Source of the DNA: an uncultured Clostridia bacterium
GTDB lineage: Bacteria > Bacillota > Clostridia > Christensenellales > CAG-314
Length of the DNA stretch: 64,000 bases
Assembly: GCA_947630425.1 (NCBI GenBank)
Contig: CANRHN010000003.1
Location: 2,824-66,823, forward strand
Direction: 5' to 3'
Part shown: in pieces, positions 54,529 through 64,000 of the stretch
How the letters are laid out: each line of letters starts with the position of its first letter
Numbering within the stretch: the stretch's first letter is position 1
The notes under the pieces: model-generated
What the model saw: the letters and a program-made list of their open reading frames with translations, nothing else
Told to the model about the DNA's origin: nothing
Databases searched by the model: none
Made by a program: the position numbers and the translations under genes

Positions 54529-55440
54529 ATGGACGCAATTTGGAACGAACTGCTCTTAAAGCTCGGCAAATGGCGCGTCGAAGCTCGTTCCGACATGAGC
54601 TTCGACCAATTGACCACCTTCGGCACGGGCGGCAAAATTCGTCTGACGGTCTTTCCCGACACAAAGCGCAAACTTGTCAAAACGGCGCGTTTGTTGCGCA
54701 AGCTGTCCGTGCGGAGCGTGGTGGTGGGCAGGGGAAGCAACGTGCTTGCCTCCGACGATTTTTTCGACGGCGTTGTCGTGGTTACAACCAAACTTAACGG
54801 TTTTCGTCTGCGCGGCAGCACCGTACTCGCTCAATGCGGAGCGTCCTCTGCAGCCATTGCCGCCGCGTGCGCAAAAAGGGGACTTGCCGACGGCGAATTT
54901 CTTGCCTGTCTGCCCGCGACGGTGGGCGGCTCGACGGTGGGCAATGCGGGCTGCTTCGGTCAGGACATGGCGCGCATTGTCAAACGGGTAACGGTGTTGG
55001 CAAACGGAAGGGTGCGACGCGTAAAAAGGGAGCAATGTCGTTTTGCCAAGCGTGAAAGCGTGTTCAAGCACGTCGATTGGGTCATTCTCGAGGTCAAATT
55101 GCACTTTACGCGCAGCACACCCGAGCTTGTCGGCGAAAAAATTGCAAACATGCGCCGTCGCAAGGCGCAAACGCAGCCGCTTGGCGCGCGTTCGGCAGGG
55201 TGCGTGCTTTTTCACGACAGCGTTGCGGTGTCGGCTCTTGTGGACGAAATGGGTCTGAAGGGCTTTCGTATGGGCGGCGCGGCGGTGTCAACAAAACACG
55301 CGGGTTTTGTTCTAAACATTGACAAATCCACCTCTTTGGATATATACTTATTGATACGGTATCTTAAGTCGGAATTGTTGACGCGCTACGGAATTTGCGC
55401 CAAAACAGAGCTTGCTCTCATCAATTTTACGGAAAAATGA
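54529..55440 (+). CDS. murB: UDP-N-acetylenolpyruvoylglucosamine reductase
   Basis: 303 aa. TTFGTGGKIR, VVGRGSNVL and GNAGCFG are MurB/FAD-binding motifs. Confidence 0.92.
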   Translation: MDAIWNELLLKLGKWRVEARSDMSFDQLTTFGTGGKIRLTVFPDTKRKLVKTARLLRKLSVRSVVVGRGSNVLASDDFFDGVVVVTTKLNGFRLRGSTVLAQCGASSAAIAAACAKRGLADGEFLACLPATVGGSTVGNAGCFGQDMARIVKRVTVLANGRVRRVKREQCRFAKRESVFKHVDWVILEVKLHFTRSTPELVGEKIANMRRRKAQTQPLGARSAGCVLFHDSVAVSALVDEMGLKGFRMGGAAVSTKHAGFVLNIDKSTSLDIYLLIRYLKSELLTRYGICAKTELALINFTEK

Positions 55441-56378
55441 CATTTTCTCAAAGCGTAAAAAACGAAATATTCAAATCCGTTCGTAACGTCAAAAGCTGTT
55501 GCGCGACGTCCTTTTTGACTGCCGTGCTGAAGTCGATGGGCACGCTTACGCTCGAGCATGCGGGCTACTCGTTTGTTGCGGAAAGCGACAACCGCGATTT
55601 CCTTGCGTTGTGCGCGCTGCTTGCGCGCGAACACCTTAAAACGGACTCGCAGTTGACAAGCTACCGCACGTCCAAAGGGACGGAGATGTTTTCTTGCAAA
55701 TTTCCCGCTTCGTTGGGGGAAAAGTTGGGGCTTGTCACGCGGGAAGAGGGCATGCTGAACTTTGCCGACGTGCGGACGCTTTTGCCCAACTTGTCCTGTT
55801 GCCGCCGCGCCTTTATGCAGGGGCTGTTTGTTTCCTGCGGTTCGGTGGTCATACCGCAAACGGAGCAGTTGACGGACAACGCAAAAGCCAAGTACCACCT
55901 CGAGCTGCGCTTTACCGATCCGGAATTTGCAAATGCGGTTGCCGAAAGCTACTCTTTGGCGCAATTCAGACAAATGCCCCGCAAAAACCACACCGTGCTG
56001 TACCTGAAGGACAGCGAGCGCATAGCGGACTTTTTGGTGTACGTCAATGCCACGCGCGCCAAGCTGGATCTGGAAAACGTGATCATCACTCGCAGTATGC
56101 GCAACGACATGAACAGGCAAAACAATTGCGAAGTCGCCAACATAGAAAAAACCGTTGCGGCGTCCGCCAAACAGCTGAAAGCGATAGAAGTTTTGCGTAG
56201 CGGCGGAGCGTTTGACTCCTTGCCCGACAATCTGAAGGAAATCGCTTTGTTGCGCGAAGCCTCGCCCGAGGCAACGCTGGAAGAAATTGCCGCTCAGTTG
56301 CACGTGTCGAAAAGCGGCGCAAATCACCGTTTTGCAAAGCTCGCGGAGCTTGCCGAAAAACAAAGGAAAACAAAATGA
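55437..56378 (+). CDS. whiA: DNA-binding protein WhiA
   Basis: 313 aa from ATG 55437 (ATGA overlap with murB). MTFSQSVKNEI...CC..SFLTAVLKSMG, LAGLIDADG-like repeats and a C-terminal HTH (VSKSGANHRFAKL). Confidence 0.9.
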   Translation: MTFSQSVKNEIFKSVRNVKSCCATSFLTAVLKSMGTLTLEHAGYSFVAESDNRDFLALCALLAREHLKTDSQLTSYRTSKGTEMFSCKFPASLGEKLGLVTREEGMLNFADVRTLLPNLSCCRRAFMQGLFVSCGSVVIPQTEQLTDNAKAKYHLELRFTDPEFANAVAESYSLAQFRQMPRKNHTVLYLKDSERIADFLVYVNATRAKLDLENVIITRSMRNDMNRQNNCEVANIEKTVAASAKQLKAIEVLRSGGAFDSLPDNLKEIALLREASPEATLEEIAAQLHVSKSGANHRFAKLAELAEKQRKTK

Positions 56379-59300
56379 AACCGTTTGTACATTTGCATTT
56401 ACACACCGAATACAGCCTTTTGGACGGCGCGACACGCATAGACGAGCTGCTTGCCCGTTGCAAGGAGTTGAACATGCCCGCCGTAGCCGTCACCGACCAC
56501 GGCAACATGTACTGCGCTTGGAAGTTTTTGAAAGCAGCCAAAGCCGCCCACATCAAGCCTATCATCGGGTGCGAGTTTTACATGTGCGAAAATCTCCACA
56601 ACGTCGGCTTTGAAAACAAGGAATACTTTCACCTGATACTGCTTGCCAAAAACAACACGGGTTACTACAACCTTTGCCGCCTGAATTCCATAGCCTTTGT
56701 GGAGGGCTTCTACTACAAGCCTCGTATCGATTTTGAAACGCTCAAAACCTACTCGGAGGGGCTTGTGTGTCTTTCGGCGTGCATTGCGGGACAGCTTCCC
56801 CGTTTGCTGCTTGCCGACCGCCTCGACGAAGCGCGGGAGCTTGCCATGCAGTACAAGGAGCTGTTTGGCGAGGACTACTACATCGAAATTCAGCGTCACG
56901 GCATAGCGGAAGAGGACGAGGTCATGCCTCAACTTGTGCAGCTTGCGCGGGAGCTTGACATAAAAATCGTCGTCACCAACGACGTTCACTATCTGAACAG
57001 AGAGGACGCGGAAATTCAGGACGTGATGATGTGCGTTCAGATGGGAAAGTACATTGACGACACGGACAGAATGAAGTTTCAGGGAGAGGAATTTTACCTG
57101 AAGGACTACGACGAAATGGCTATGCTTTTCCCCAATCTGCCCGACGCCATGGAAACCACCTTGGAAATAGCGGAAAAGTGCAACGTAAATTTCGGCAAGG
57201 AAAAGCTGCTTCCCCTCTACACTCCCCCGCACGGAATGTCTTCGCAGGAATATTTGTGGCAATTGGTGGAAGAGGGGCTTGCCAAAAAGTACCCCAACCC
57301 GACAGAGGAAATTCTTGACCGTATCAAGTACGAATACGACGTTATTTGTCGTATGGGCTTTGTGGACTACTACCTCATCGTGTGGGATTTTATAAACTAC
57401 GCCAAGACCAACGGTATTCCCGTCGGACCGGGGCGCGGTAGCGGAGCGGGCAGCGTCATTGCTTACCTTATCGGTATCACCGAGGTTGAGCCCTTCCGTT
57501 ACAATCTGATGTTCGAACGCTTTTTGAACCCCGAGCGTAAATCCATGCCCGACTTCGACGTGGACTTTTGCATGGATCGCCGAGGCGAGGTGATAGACTA
57601 CGTTCACCGCAAGTACGGCAACGACAACGTGTGCCAAATTGTCACCTTCGGCACGATGGCGGCAAAAAACGCCATCAGAGACGTTGCGCGCGTGATGCGC
57701 TTCCCCATCAGCGAATCCAACCGTCTGGCAAAAATGGTGCCGGACAACTTCAAGTACACCTTGCGCCACCTGTTGGGGCTTGTTCCATACAAAAAGAAGG
57801 AGGACGCCTACGTCTCCGAGGAACTGCAGCGCGCCTACAACGACCCCAACACCCACAAGCTGATAGACATTGCAATGCGCATAGAAGGCTCGCCCCGACA
57901 AACGGGCATGCACGCCGCGGGCGTTGTCATCTGCCGCGAAAAGGTAAGCGATCACGTTCCCCTTCAGACAAACGGCGGCTCTTTGGCAAAGGGCGGCATT
58001 GTCACAACGCAGTACACCATGACGGAAGTGGAAGAACTGGGACTGCTGAAAATGGACTTTTTGGGACTCCGCACCTTGACGGACATCAAAAAAGCCTGCG
58101 ACTACATTTTGGAGGACCACGGCGTAAAGGTGGAGTTCGGCGCGGACAACTACGACGACCCCAACGTGTTCAACCTTATTTCCGGCGGCGACACGATGTG
58201 CATATTCCAGCTTGAAAGCGGCGGCATGTGCGACCTTATGCGCAAAATGAAGCCCGCCCATTTGGAAGAAATTATCGCAGGTATCAGCCTTTACCGCCCC
58301 GGACCCATGCAGTACATAGGCGACTACATCGACTGCAAGTTTGACAAAAGCAAAATCAAGTACCTGCACCCCTCGATGGAATCCATTCTTGCCGTGACAA
58401 ACGGGTGCATTGTCTATCAGGAGCAGGTGATGCAGCTTGTACAGAAGCTCGCGGGATTTTCCATGGCTTTGGCGGACAACGTTCGCTACGCCATGAGCAA
58501 AAAGAAGGCGCAGATGATGAAAGACCTTGGCGAGCTGTTTGTACACGGCGGCACTTGGACCAACGGCGAAACCGTCCCCGGCTGCGTAAAAAACGGCATT
58601 CCCGAGGAGATCGCGCTGGAAATTTACAAGCAGCTGGACGATTTTTCGCAGTACGCGTTCAACAAATCGCACGCCACCTGCTATGCGTACGTCACCTATC
58701 AGACGGCGTGGCTCAAAAACTACTACCCCGTGGAATTTATATGCGCGTTGCTCAACAATCGCATAAACGACATTTCGCAGATAAAAAAATATATGGCTTA
58801 CGCCAAATCTCAGGGTATCGAGGTGCTTCCGCCGGACATCAACAAGAGCCGCGACGAGTTCCGCGTGGAAAACGGAGCAATTCGTTTCGGCTTGGGCGGC
58901 ATACGCAACATCGGCGTGGGCGTTGTAAAAAAATTGGTCGCGGAGCGTGAGCGCAACGGCGAATTTAAGGATATGCAGGATCTGTTCGAGCGTTGCTACG
59001 AGACGGACGAAAACAACCCTAACGAAAAAATCAGTTTTATCAACAAGCGTATGGTGGAAAACTTTATCAAGGGCGGAGCTTTCGACTGCTTTGGAAGGAC
59101 GCGCGCGGACATGCTGCAATACTACGGCGAGGAGTACACCGACGCCGCCGAAAGCGTCAAAACGCGTCTGACGGGGCAAATGTCTATTTTCGATTTGGCG
59201 CCCGACATCAAAACAAGCTCCCGCCCCTCGCACAAGCAACTGAAGGAGTTCGGCAAGGAAATTCTGTACACTTACGAAAACGAAGTGCTGGGAGTGTACA

Positions 59301-59935
59301 TGACGGGTTCGCCTTTGGACGACTACGACGAAATTGCCCGCCGCTACGCCTTTGACTTTGACACATCCGAAACAATGGCTTACGTACCCGAGGGTTCGGA
59401 GGACGGCGAGCCTGTTCGTCCGCAAGTCAACAAACGCTTTGTCACCACGGGCGGCATTTTGCGCAACATTCGCGTAACCGTGGGCAAGGACAATCAGCGG
59501 TTGGCTTTCGGCGTGTTGGAGGACAAGTACGACACCATAGAAGTGGGACTGTACGGCGCAAATTACGAAAAGTACAAGGGGCTGTTTGCCGAGGACGCAT
59601 TCCTTGTGGTGCGCGGCAGCCTCACCGAGTCTCGCGACGCCTACAAAATAAATGTGCGGGAAATCATCAACCCCCGCGCCGACGAGCAGAAGGAAGTTGT
59701 CGCAACCGAACGTCCGCACAACCTTACGTTGTGGCTCAAAATGGAAGAGCGCGACGAGGACAAGTACGCGCGCGTGATTGAAACGCTGCAACGCTACGAG
59801 GGAGACGTTCCCGTCAAAATAAAGATCGAGGGCGTGTCCTACCAAATGGAAACGCGCGTTCGCAACTGCCCCGGAGTCACCTACGAGCTGGCGGGCATTT
59901 TGGGGGAAAAGAACGTGATTTTCTTCGAAAAATAG
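56375..59935 (+). CDS. dnaE: DNA polymerase III alpha subunit (DnaE type)
   Basis: 1186 aa. PHP domain FVHLHLHTEYSLLDG, polymerase core GPGRGSGAGS and FERFLNPERKSMPDFDVDF. Confidence 0.97.
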   Translation: MKPFVHLHLHTEYSLLDGATRIDELLARCKELNMPAVAVTDHGNMYCAWKFLKAAKAAHIKPIIGCEFYMCENLHNVGFENKEYFHLILLAKNNTGYYNLCRLNSIAFVEGFYYKPRIDFETLKTYSEGLVCLSACIAGQLPRLLLADRLDEARELAMQYKELFGEDYYIEIQRHGIAEEDEVMPQLVQLARELDIKIVVTNDVHYLNREDAEIQDVMMCVQMGKYIDDTDRMKFQGEEFYLKDYDEMAMLFPNLPDAMETTLEIAEKCNVNFGKEKLLPLYTPPHGMSSQEYLWQLVEEGLAKKYPNPTEEILDRIKYEYDVICRMGFVDYYLIVWDFINYAKTNGIPVGPGRGSGAGSVIAYLIGITEVEPFRYNLMFERFLNPERKSMPDFDVDFCMDRRGEVIDYVHRKYGNDNVCQIVTFGTMAAKNAIRDVARVMRFPISESNRLAKMVPDNFKYTLRHLLGLVPYKKKEDAYVSEELQRAYNDPNTHKLIDIAMRIEGSPRQTGMHAAGVVICREKVSDHVPLQTNGGSLAKGGIVTTQYTMTEVEELGLLKMDFLGLRTLTDIKKACDYILEDHGVKVEFGADNYDDPNVFNLISGGDTMCIFQLESGGMCDLMRKMKPAHLEEIIAGISLYRPGPMQYIGDYIDCKFDKSKIKYLHPSMESILAVTNGCIVYQEQVMQLVQKLAGFSMALADNVRYAMSKKKAQMMKDLGELFVHGGTWTNGETVPGCVKNGIPEEIALEIYKQLDDFSQYAFNKSHATCYAYVTYQTAWLKNYYPVEFICALLNNRINDISQIKKYMAYAKSQGIEVLPPDINKSRDEFRVENGAIRFGLGGIRNIGVGVVKKLVAERERNGEFKDMQDLFERCYETDENNPNEKISFINKRMVENFIKGGAFDCFGRTRADMLQYYGEEYTDAAESVKTRLTGQMSIFDLAPDIKTSSRPSHKQLKEFGKEILYTYENEVLGVYMTGSPLDDYDEIARRYAFDFDTSETMAYVPEGSEDGEPVRPQVNKRFVTTGGILRNIRVTVGKDNQRLAFGVLEDKYDTIEVGLYGANYEKYKGLFAEDAFLVVRGSLTESRDAYKINVREIINPRADEQKEVVATERPHNLTLWLKMEERDEDKYARVIETLQRYEGDVPVKIKIEGVSYQMETRVRNCPGVTYELAGILGEKNVIFFEK

Positions 59936-59964
59936 CACATGGGGTCAAAAAAATCAAAATTTTC

Positions 59965-59993
59965 GGGACGCACTTTGAAATGCGTCCCTTTTT
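59965..59993 (+). terminator. Rho-independent terminator of dnaE
   Basis: GGGACGCA-CTTTGAAA-TGCGTCCC followed by TTTTT. Confidence 0.88.
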
Positions 59994-60047
59994 AACGACT
60001 ACGTCAAATACAATCAAAAGAATTTTGTCGGCAAAGTACAAATAGAT

Positions 60048-60076
60048 TTGCATAAAATATAATTTTGTACTATAAT
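60048..60076 (+). promoter_or_regulatory. Putative promoter of the ABC exporter pair
   Basis: TTGCAT (60048-60053), 17 nt, TATAAT (60071-60076). Confidence 0.6.
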
Positions 60077-60149
60077 ATACGAAATATTACTTAGTTGTTT
60101 GCGCCTTTGTTCTTCGGGGAAGAAGAACGGGACGAAAGGGGGCAAAAAT

Positions 60150-62009
60150 TTGATAAGAAAACTTTTGAAAGGTGCAAAGGGCTACGAAGTTCCGTCCGTT
60201 TTTACCGTACTGTTGGTGTTGTGCGAAACGGCATTGGAAGTGGTGTTGCCCATTTTTATGGCAAACATTCTCAACACCATGCAGCTTTTTGCGGTAGACA
60301 AGGAGTTGAAGGGCTTGACGTCGGCAATGACCGTCTTTGATTTTCAGGGCGGCACGCACGCCTTAAAGACCTATGCCGCCGGCACGCTTGTGTTGGGAGA
60401 CAAAAGCATTTTGCTTAACACCGTGTACAGCTACGGCATTTTGATGGTGGTTTGCGCTGTGTTGTCTTTGACGTTCGGCAGTTTGGCAGGTTGGCTATGC
60501 GCCGTTGCCGGCGCGGGCTTTTCCAAAAACATGCGCGCTCGGTTGTTTGACAAAATTCAGGGCTTCAGCTTTGCAAACGTAGACAAATTCAGCACGGCAA
60601 GCCTTGTCACGCGTTCCACGACGGACGTGAACAATGCTCAAAACGCCTTTATGATGATCATTCGCACCGTCATTCGCGCGCCCGCAATGCTTGTTTTCAG
60701 CACGGTGATGGCGTTCAAAACCGAACCGAAAATGGCGTGGGTGTTCCTCGGGGCGATACCGGCATTGGGCTTGGTGATGTTCCTCATTGCCACGCGCGTA
60801 CACCCGCTGTTCAAAGCCATGCTCAAACGCTACGACAAGATGAACGCCGACGTGCAGGAGGATTTGGTTGCTATACGCGTCGTCAAAGCGTTTGTGAGAG
60901 AGGACTACGAGGAGCAAAAGTACCGCGAATCGACAGAGCAGGTGCGTAAGGCGCAGCTCAAAGCGGAAAAATTGATGATTTTGATGAACCCGCTTACCAG
61001 CCTTATAATGTACGCGACGATCATCGGCTTGCTCATCATCGGCGGCAAAGATATAGCCGTGGGCAACATGCAGGGCGGCACGCTTACCGCCATGATGAAC
61101 TACTGCACGCAGATACTCAGCAGCGTGATGATGATATGCTTCATTGCGGTGCAGCTTGTAATGTCCCGCGCCAGCATCGACCGTATTTACGAGGTGTTGG
61201 AAACGGATTCCACGATCAAGGACGGCGAACAGAGCGACAAAACCGTCAACAGCGGCAGCATAGAGTTTCAAAGCGTCGATTTCAGCTACTCCGACAATGC
61301 CGAAAACCTCACTTTGGAAAACATCAATCTTTCCATTGCCCCCGGCGAAACGGTAGGTATCATCGGCGGCACGGGCGACGGCAAAAGCAGTCTGGTACAG
61401 CTTATACCCCGTTTCTACGACGTGTTCAACGGGCGTGTGCTTGTGGACGGCACGGACGTGAGGGACTACTCTCTGTACAACCTGCGCGAGGGCGTGTCGA
61501 TGGTGCTGCAAAAGAACGTGCTGTTCAGCGGCACGATACGGGAAAACCTTCTGTGGGGCAACAAGGACGCCACGCAGGAGGAAATAGAGGCAGCTTGCAA
61601 GGCGGCTTGCGCGCACGACTTTATCATGTCTTTCCCCGACGGGTACGAAACGGACCTCGGTCAGGGCGGCGTAAACGTTTCCGGCGGACAAAAACAGCGT
61701 CTGTGCATTGCGCGCGCTCTGCTCAAAAAACCCAAAATTATGATTTTGGACGACTCTACCAGCGCGGTAGACACGGCAACGGACGCGCAGATACGCAAGG
61801 GACTCAAAGAGCTTTCCGCCGATATGACCACGATCATAATCGCTCAACGCCTGTCCTCTGTGGAAGATTGCGACAAGATAGTAATTTTGGACGACGGCAA
61901 AATCAACGCCGTGGGCACTCACGACGAATTGCTTGCCACCAACTCCATTTACCGCGAAATTTACCGCTCGCAACAAAAAGGGGCGGCGGAACAAATGGAA
62001 AATCAGTGA
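60150..62009 (+). CDS. ABC transporter ATP-binding/permease protein (type I exporter half-transporter)
   Basis: Six-helix TMD plus NBD (GGTGDGKSS, VSGGQKQR, IMILDDSTSAVD). The ORF opens at ATG 60099. The in-frame TTG at 60150 after GAAAGGGGG gives the usual LIRKLLKGAKGY N-terminus. Start uncertain. Confidence 0.88.
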   Translation: MIRKLLKGAKGYEVPSVFTVLLVLCETALEVVLPIFMANILNTMQLFAVDKELKGLTSAMTVFDFQGGTHALKTYAAGTLVLGDKSILLNTVYSYGILMVVCAVLSLTFGSLAGWLCAVAGAGFSKNMRARLFDKIQGFSFANVDKFSTASLVTRSTTDVNNAQNAFMMIIRTVIRAPAMLVFSTVMAFKTEPKMAWVFLGAIPALGLVMFLIATRVHPLFKAMLKRYDKMNADVQEDLVAIRVVKAFVREDYEEQKYRESTEQVRKAQLKAEKLMILMNPLTSLIMYATIIGLLIIGGKDIAVGNMQGGTLTAMMNYCTQILSSVMMICFIAVQLVMSRASIDRIYEVLETDSTIKDGEQSDKTVNSGSIEFQSVDFSYSDNAENLTLENINLSIAPGETVGIIGGTGDGKSSLVQLIPRFYDVFNGRVLVDGTDVRDYSLYNLREGVSMVLQKNVLFSGTIRENLLWGNKDATQEEIEAACKAACAHDFIMSFPDGYETDLGQGGVNVSGGQKQRLCIARALLKKPKIMILDDSTSAVDTATDAQIRKGLKELSADMTTIIIAQRLSSVEDCDKIVILDDGKINAVGTHDELLATNSIYREIYRSQQKGAAEQMENQ

Positions 62010-62019
62010 GGTGAGGACA

Positions 62020-64000
62020 GTGCTAAAATTCAGTAACGGTCAAATTGCATTGCTGGTTATACTGTGTGTGCTGATAGTAGTGCAGTTTATAATAATAGGT
62101 TATCTACTTATAAAAAAACGCCGCAAACACGATAGACTTTTCGAAAAATCGCAGGCTAAACAACAAAAATTGCATCGCGCAAGAAACATCAAAGGAACAT
62201 TGGGCAGATTGTTAGGCTACCTTAAGCCCTTCAAGTGGCGCATGGTGGTGGTGTTTTTGTGCGTGTTTGTACAAAGCATTGCCAACGTTTTGGCAACGTC
62301 GCTGCTCAAGCCGCTCATCAACGGCTTGGCAATGAACGCTCAATCGCCGGACGAGGTTGCCCTTACGGGCTTGGATTTCATAGACAAGTACGCCATTTCG
62401 GGCGAAAAATTGACATACCTCGGCGCGGTAGTGGGGCTTATGGCGGCGGTATACGTGTTTGCTTTGCTCTCCAACTACCTGTCCAACCGTTTGTTGATCG
62501 CCGTTTCCACCTCTACGATCAAGCGTTTGCGCGACGAGCTGTTCACGCACATGCAGTCATTGCCCGTAAAGGTGTTTGACGGCACAACTCACGGCGAATT
62601 GATGAGTCGCTACACCAACGATATCGACATGATGAACGAGTTTATTGCCCGCGCTTTGCCGCAATTTGTCAGCAGTTTTGTTACCATTTTGGGCGTGTTT
62701 ACGGTGATGTTCGTGATGGAGTGGAGATTGGCGTTGGTAATGGTGGGCATGCTGATTGTGATGGGCATTCTCGTCAAGGTGATCGGCGGACGCTCCAAAA
62801 AGAACTTTGTGGCGCAGCAAGCGGCGGTGGGCAAGCTCAACGGCTACATCGAGGAGATGACGGAAGGGCAAAAGGTGGTAAAGGTGTTTAACCACGAAAA
62901 GATCGCCGCAGAAGAATTTGAAAAAATCAACGGTCATTGGGCGACGGTTTCGACGCGCGCCAACAGCTACGCCAACATCATGGGACCGATAATGAACAAC
63001 ATGTCCCACTTCTTCTACGCGGGAATTGCCATTTTCGGCGCGCTGATAGCCGTCCAATCCGGCAACGCCCTCAACTATGTGGGCACAATTGCGGCATTTT
63101 TGCTGTACGTGCGTACGATCACAATGCCCATACAGCAAGTTTCTCAACAAATCAATTTGCTGTTTATGGCGGTTGCGGGCGGCGAACGCGTGTTTGCGCT
63201 TATGGATACGCCTGCGGAAACGGACGAGGGCTACGTAACGTTGGTAAACGCCATTGTCGACGAACAGGGCAACATCACCGAGAGCGAAGCGCGCACAGGT
63301 CATTGGGCTTGGAAGCATCCTCACGGCGACGGTACGGTTACCTATACGGAGCTGAAGGGCGACGTGGTGTTCGAGGACGTAACTTTCGGCTACGAGGAAG
63401 GCAAAACGGTACTGCACGACGTGTCGCTGTACGCCCACCCGGGGCAAAAGATAGCCTTTGTGGGCAGCACGGGCGCGGGCAAAACCACCATAACCAACCT
63501 TATCAACAGGTTCTACGACGTGCCCGACGGCAAAATTCGCTACGACGGTATCAACATCAACAAAATCAAAAAAGCCGATTTGCGACGTTCGCTTGCAATG
63601 GTGCTGCAGGACACGCACCTGTTTACGGGCACGGTTTTAGACAACATTCGCTACGGACGGTTGGACGCCACCGACGAGGAATGCGTCGCGGCAGCCAAGT
63701 CGGCAAACGCGCACCAATTCATCAAGCACCTGCCCGAGGGCTACAACACAATGCTCACGCGCGACGGCGAAAACCTTTCGCAGGGACAGCGACAGCTGAT
63801 TGCCATTGCCCGAGCCGCCGTTGCCGATCCGCCCGTGCTGATATTGGACGAGGCGACAAGCAGTATCGACACGCGTACCGAATGGCTCATCGAAAAGGGC
63901 ATGGACGCGCTTATGGAAGGGCGCACGACGTTTGTGATCGCGCACCGACTTTCCACCGTGCGCAACAGCGACGCCATAATGGTGCTGGAGCATGGCGTTA
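62020..64000 (+). CDS. ABC transporter ATP-binding/permease protein, partner half-transporter (3-prime end beyond the window)
   Basis: Not in the ORF track because it is open at the window edge. My translation gives ...LGRLLGYLKPFKWRMVVVFLC... TMD and an NBD with GSTGAGKTT, LSQGQRQL and VLILDEATSSID. Start GTG 62020 (or 62011), or possibly the in-frame TTG at 62170. Confidence 0.85.
   Translation, partial: MLKFSNGQIALLVILCVLIVVQFIIIGYLLIKKRRKHDRLFEKSQAKQQKLHRARNIKGTLGRLLGYLKPFKWRMVVVFLCVFVQSIANVLATSLLKPLINGLAMNAQSPDEVALTGLDFIDKYAISGEKLTYLGAVVGLMAAVYVFALLSNYLSNRLLIAVSTSTIKRLRDELFTHMQSLPVKVFDGTTHGELMSRYTNDIDMMNEFIARALPQFVSSFVTILGVFTVMFVMEWRLALVMVGMLIVMGILVKVIGGRSKKNFVAQQAAVGKLNGYIEEMTEGQKVVKVFNHEKIAAEEFEKINGHWATVSTRANSYANIMGPIMNNMSHFFYAGIAIFGALIAVQSGNALNYVGTIAAFLLYVRTITMPIQQVSQQINLLFMAVAGGERVFALMDTPAETDEGYVTLVNAIVDEQGNITESEARTGHWAWKHPHGDGTVTYTELKGDVVFEDVTFGYEEGKTVLHDVSLYAHPGQKIAFVGSTGAGKTTITNLINRFYDVPDGKIRYDGININKIKKADLRRSLAMVLQDTHLFTGTVLDNIRYGRLDATDEECVAAAKSANAHQFIKHLPEGYNTMLTRDGENLSQGQRQLIAIARAAVADPPVLILDEATSSIDTRTEWLIEKGMDALMEGRTTFVIAHRLSTVRNSDAIMVLEHGV

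Noticed and set aside
56399-59938. 1179-aa ORF antisense to dnaE, and similar long shadow ORFs (34391..36925, 31802..33367, 60495..61994, 18458..19864, 13847..15169, 16028..17341, 48675..50129, 3642..4865, all minus strand)
   Set aside because: The sense strands encode unmistakable conserved proteins (DnaE, GH13, Cls, ABC, SecA, MetK, RecD2, ApbE, MalF). The antisense translations are low-complexity, Arg/His/Val-rich and lack motifs. This is a codon-bias artefact in a moderately GC-rich genome.
1-64000. tRNA, rRNA, tmRNA, integrase/transposase genes, prophage blocks
   Set aside because: No GTTCGAATC-type T-arm or cloverleaf candidates were seen in the intergenic regions. No rRNA-like segments are present. 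No ORF carries recombinase or transposase motifs.

Overview
64-kb chromosomal segment that looks like a Bacillota (Clostridia-like) genome. The signs are whiA, comFC-secA-prfB synteny, a CIRCE operator, a SAM-I riboswitch, ECF-type and lipoprotein genes, and G+C a little above 50% by eye. I call about 42 protein genes, mostly on the + strand. In order they are: (1) a partial LacI regulator divergent from a GH13 plus MalEFG-like maltodextrin operon; (2) an ABC ATPase, a multi-TM permease and a 1073-aa Big_2 surface protein; (3) a Bro-N::class III Fic fusion; (4) SAM-I riboswitch-metK; (5) recD2-comFC, two tiny membrane ORFs, then secA-prfB-DUF3737-patB; (6) an LPG-synthase-TM protein, CIRCE-controlled hsp20, and an RND pump overlapped by cls; (7) GH13 plus HAD; (8) a hypothetical protein plus a DUF5050-like lipoprotein; (9) a putative B12 riboswitch, a DUF4430 lipoprotein and an ECF S component; (10) a DUF559 nuclease; (11) proS; (12) two divergent FMN-binding lipoprotein paralogs; (13) mscS; (14) an apbE::NusG_II fusion plus a Gx transporter; (15) an MFS transporter; (16) murB-whiA-dnaE; (17) a two-gene ABC exporter whose second gene runs off the window. 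I found no rRNA, tRNA, true CRISPR array, transposase or integrase. The most unusual content is non-coding. Roughly 8-10% of the window is a mosaic family of hairpin-rich interspersed repeats that fills about half of the inter-operon gaps. Its core is a conserved two-hairpin module ending in GGATGAGTTTCGAC, present in at least 13 copies. Some copies carry a 119-nt structured insert nested in one hairpin loop, and three show a compensatory base-pair change. Several module copies surround the small DUF559 endonuclease gene. A perfect 254-bp inverted repeat that includes the last 34 nt of patB flanks a 12.5-kb segment. An 11-nt x10 plus 6-nt x14 tandem repeat sits upstream of the RND pump. All functional calls rest on motif recognition by eye and memory of protein families. 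No database search was run.
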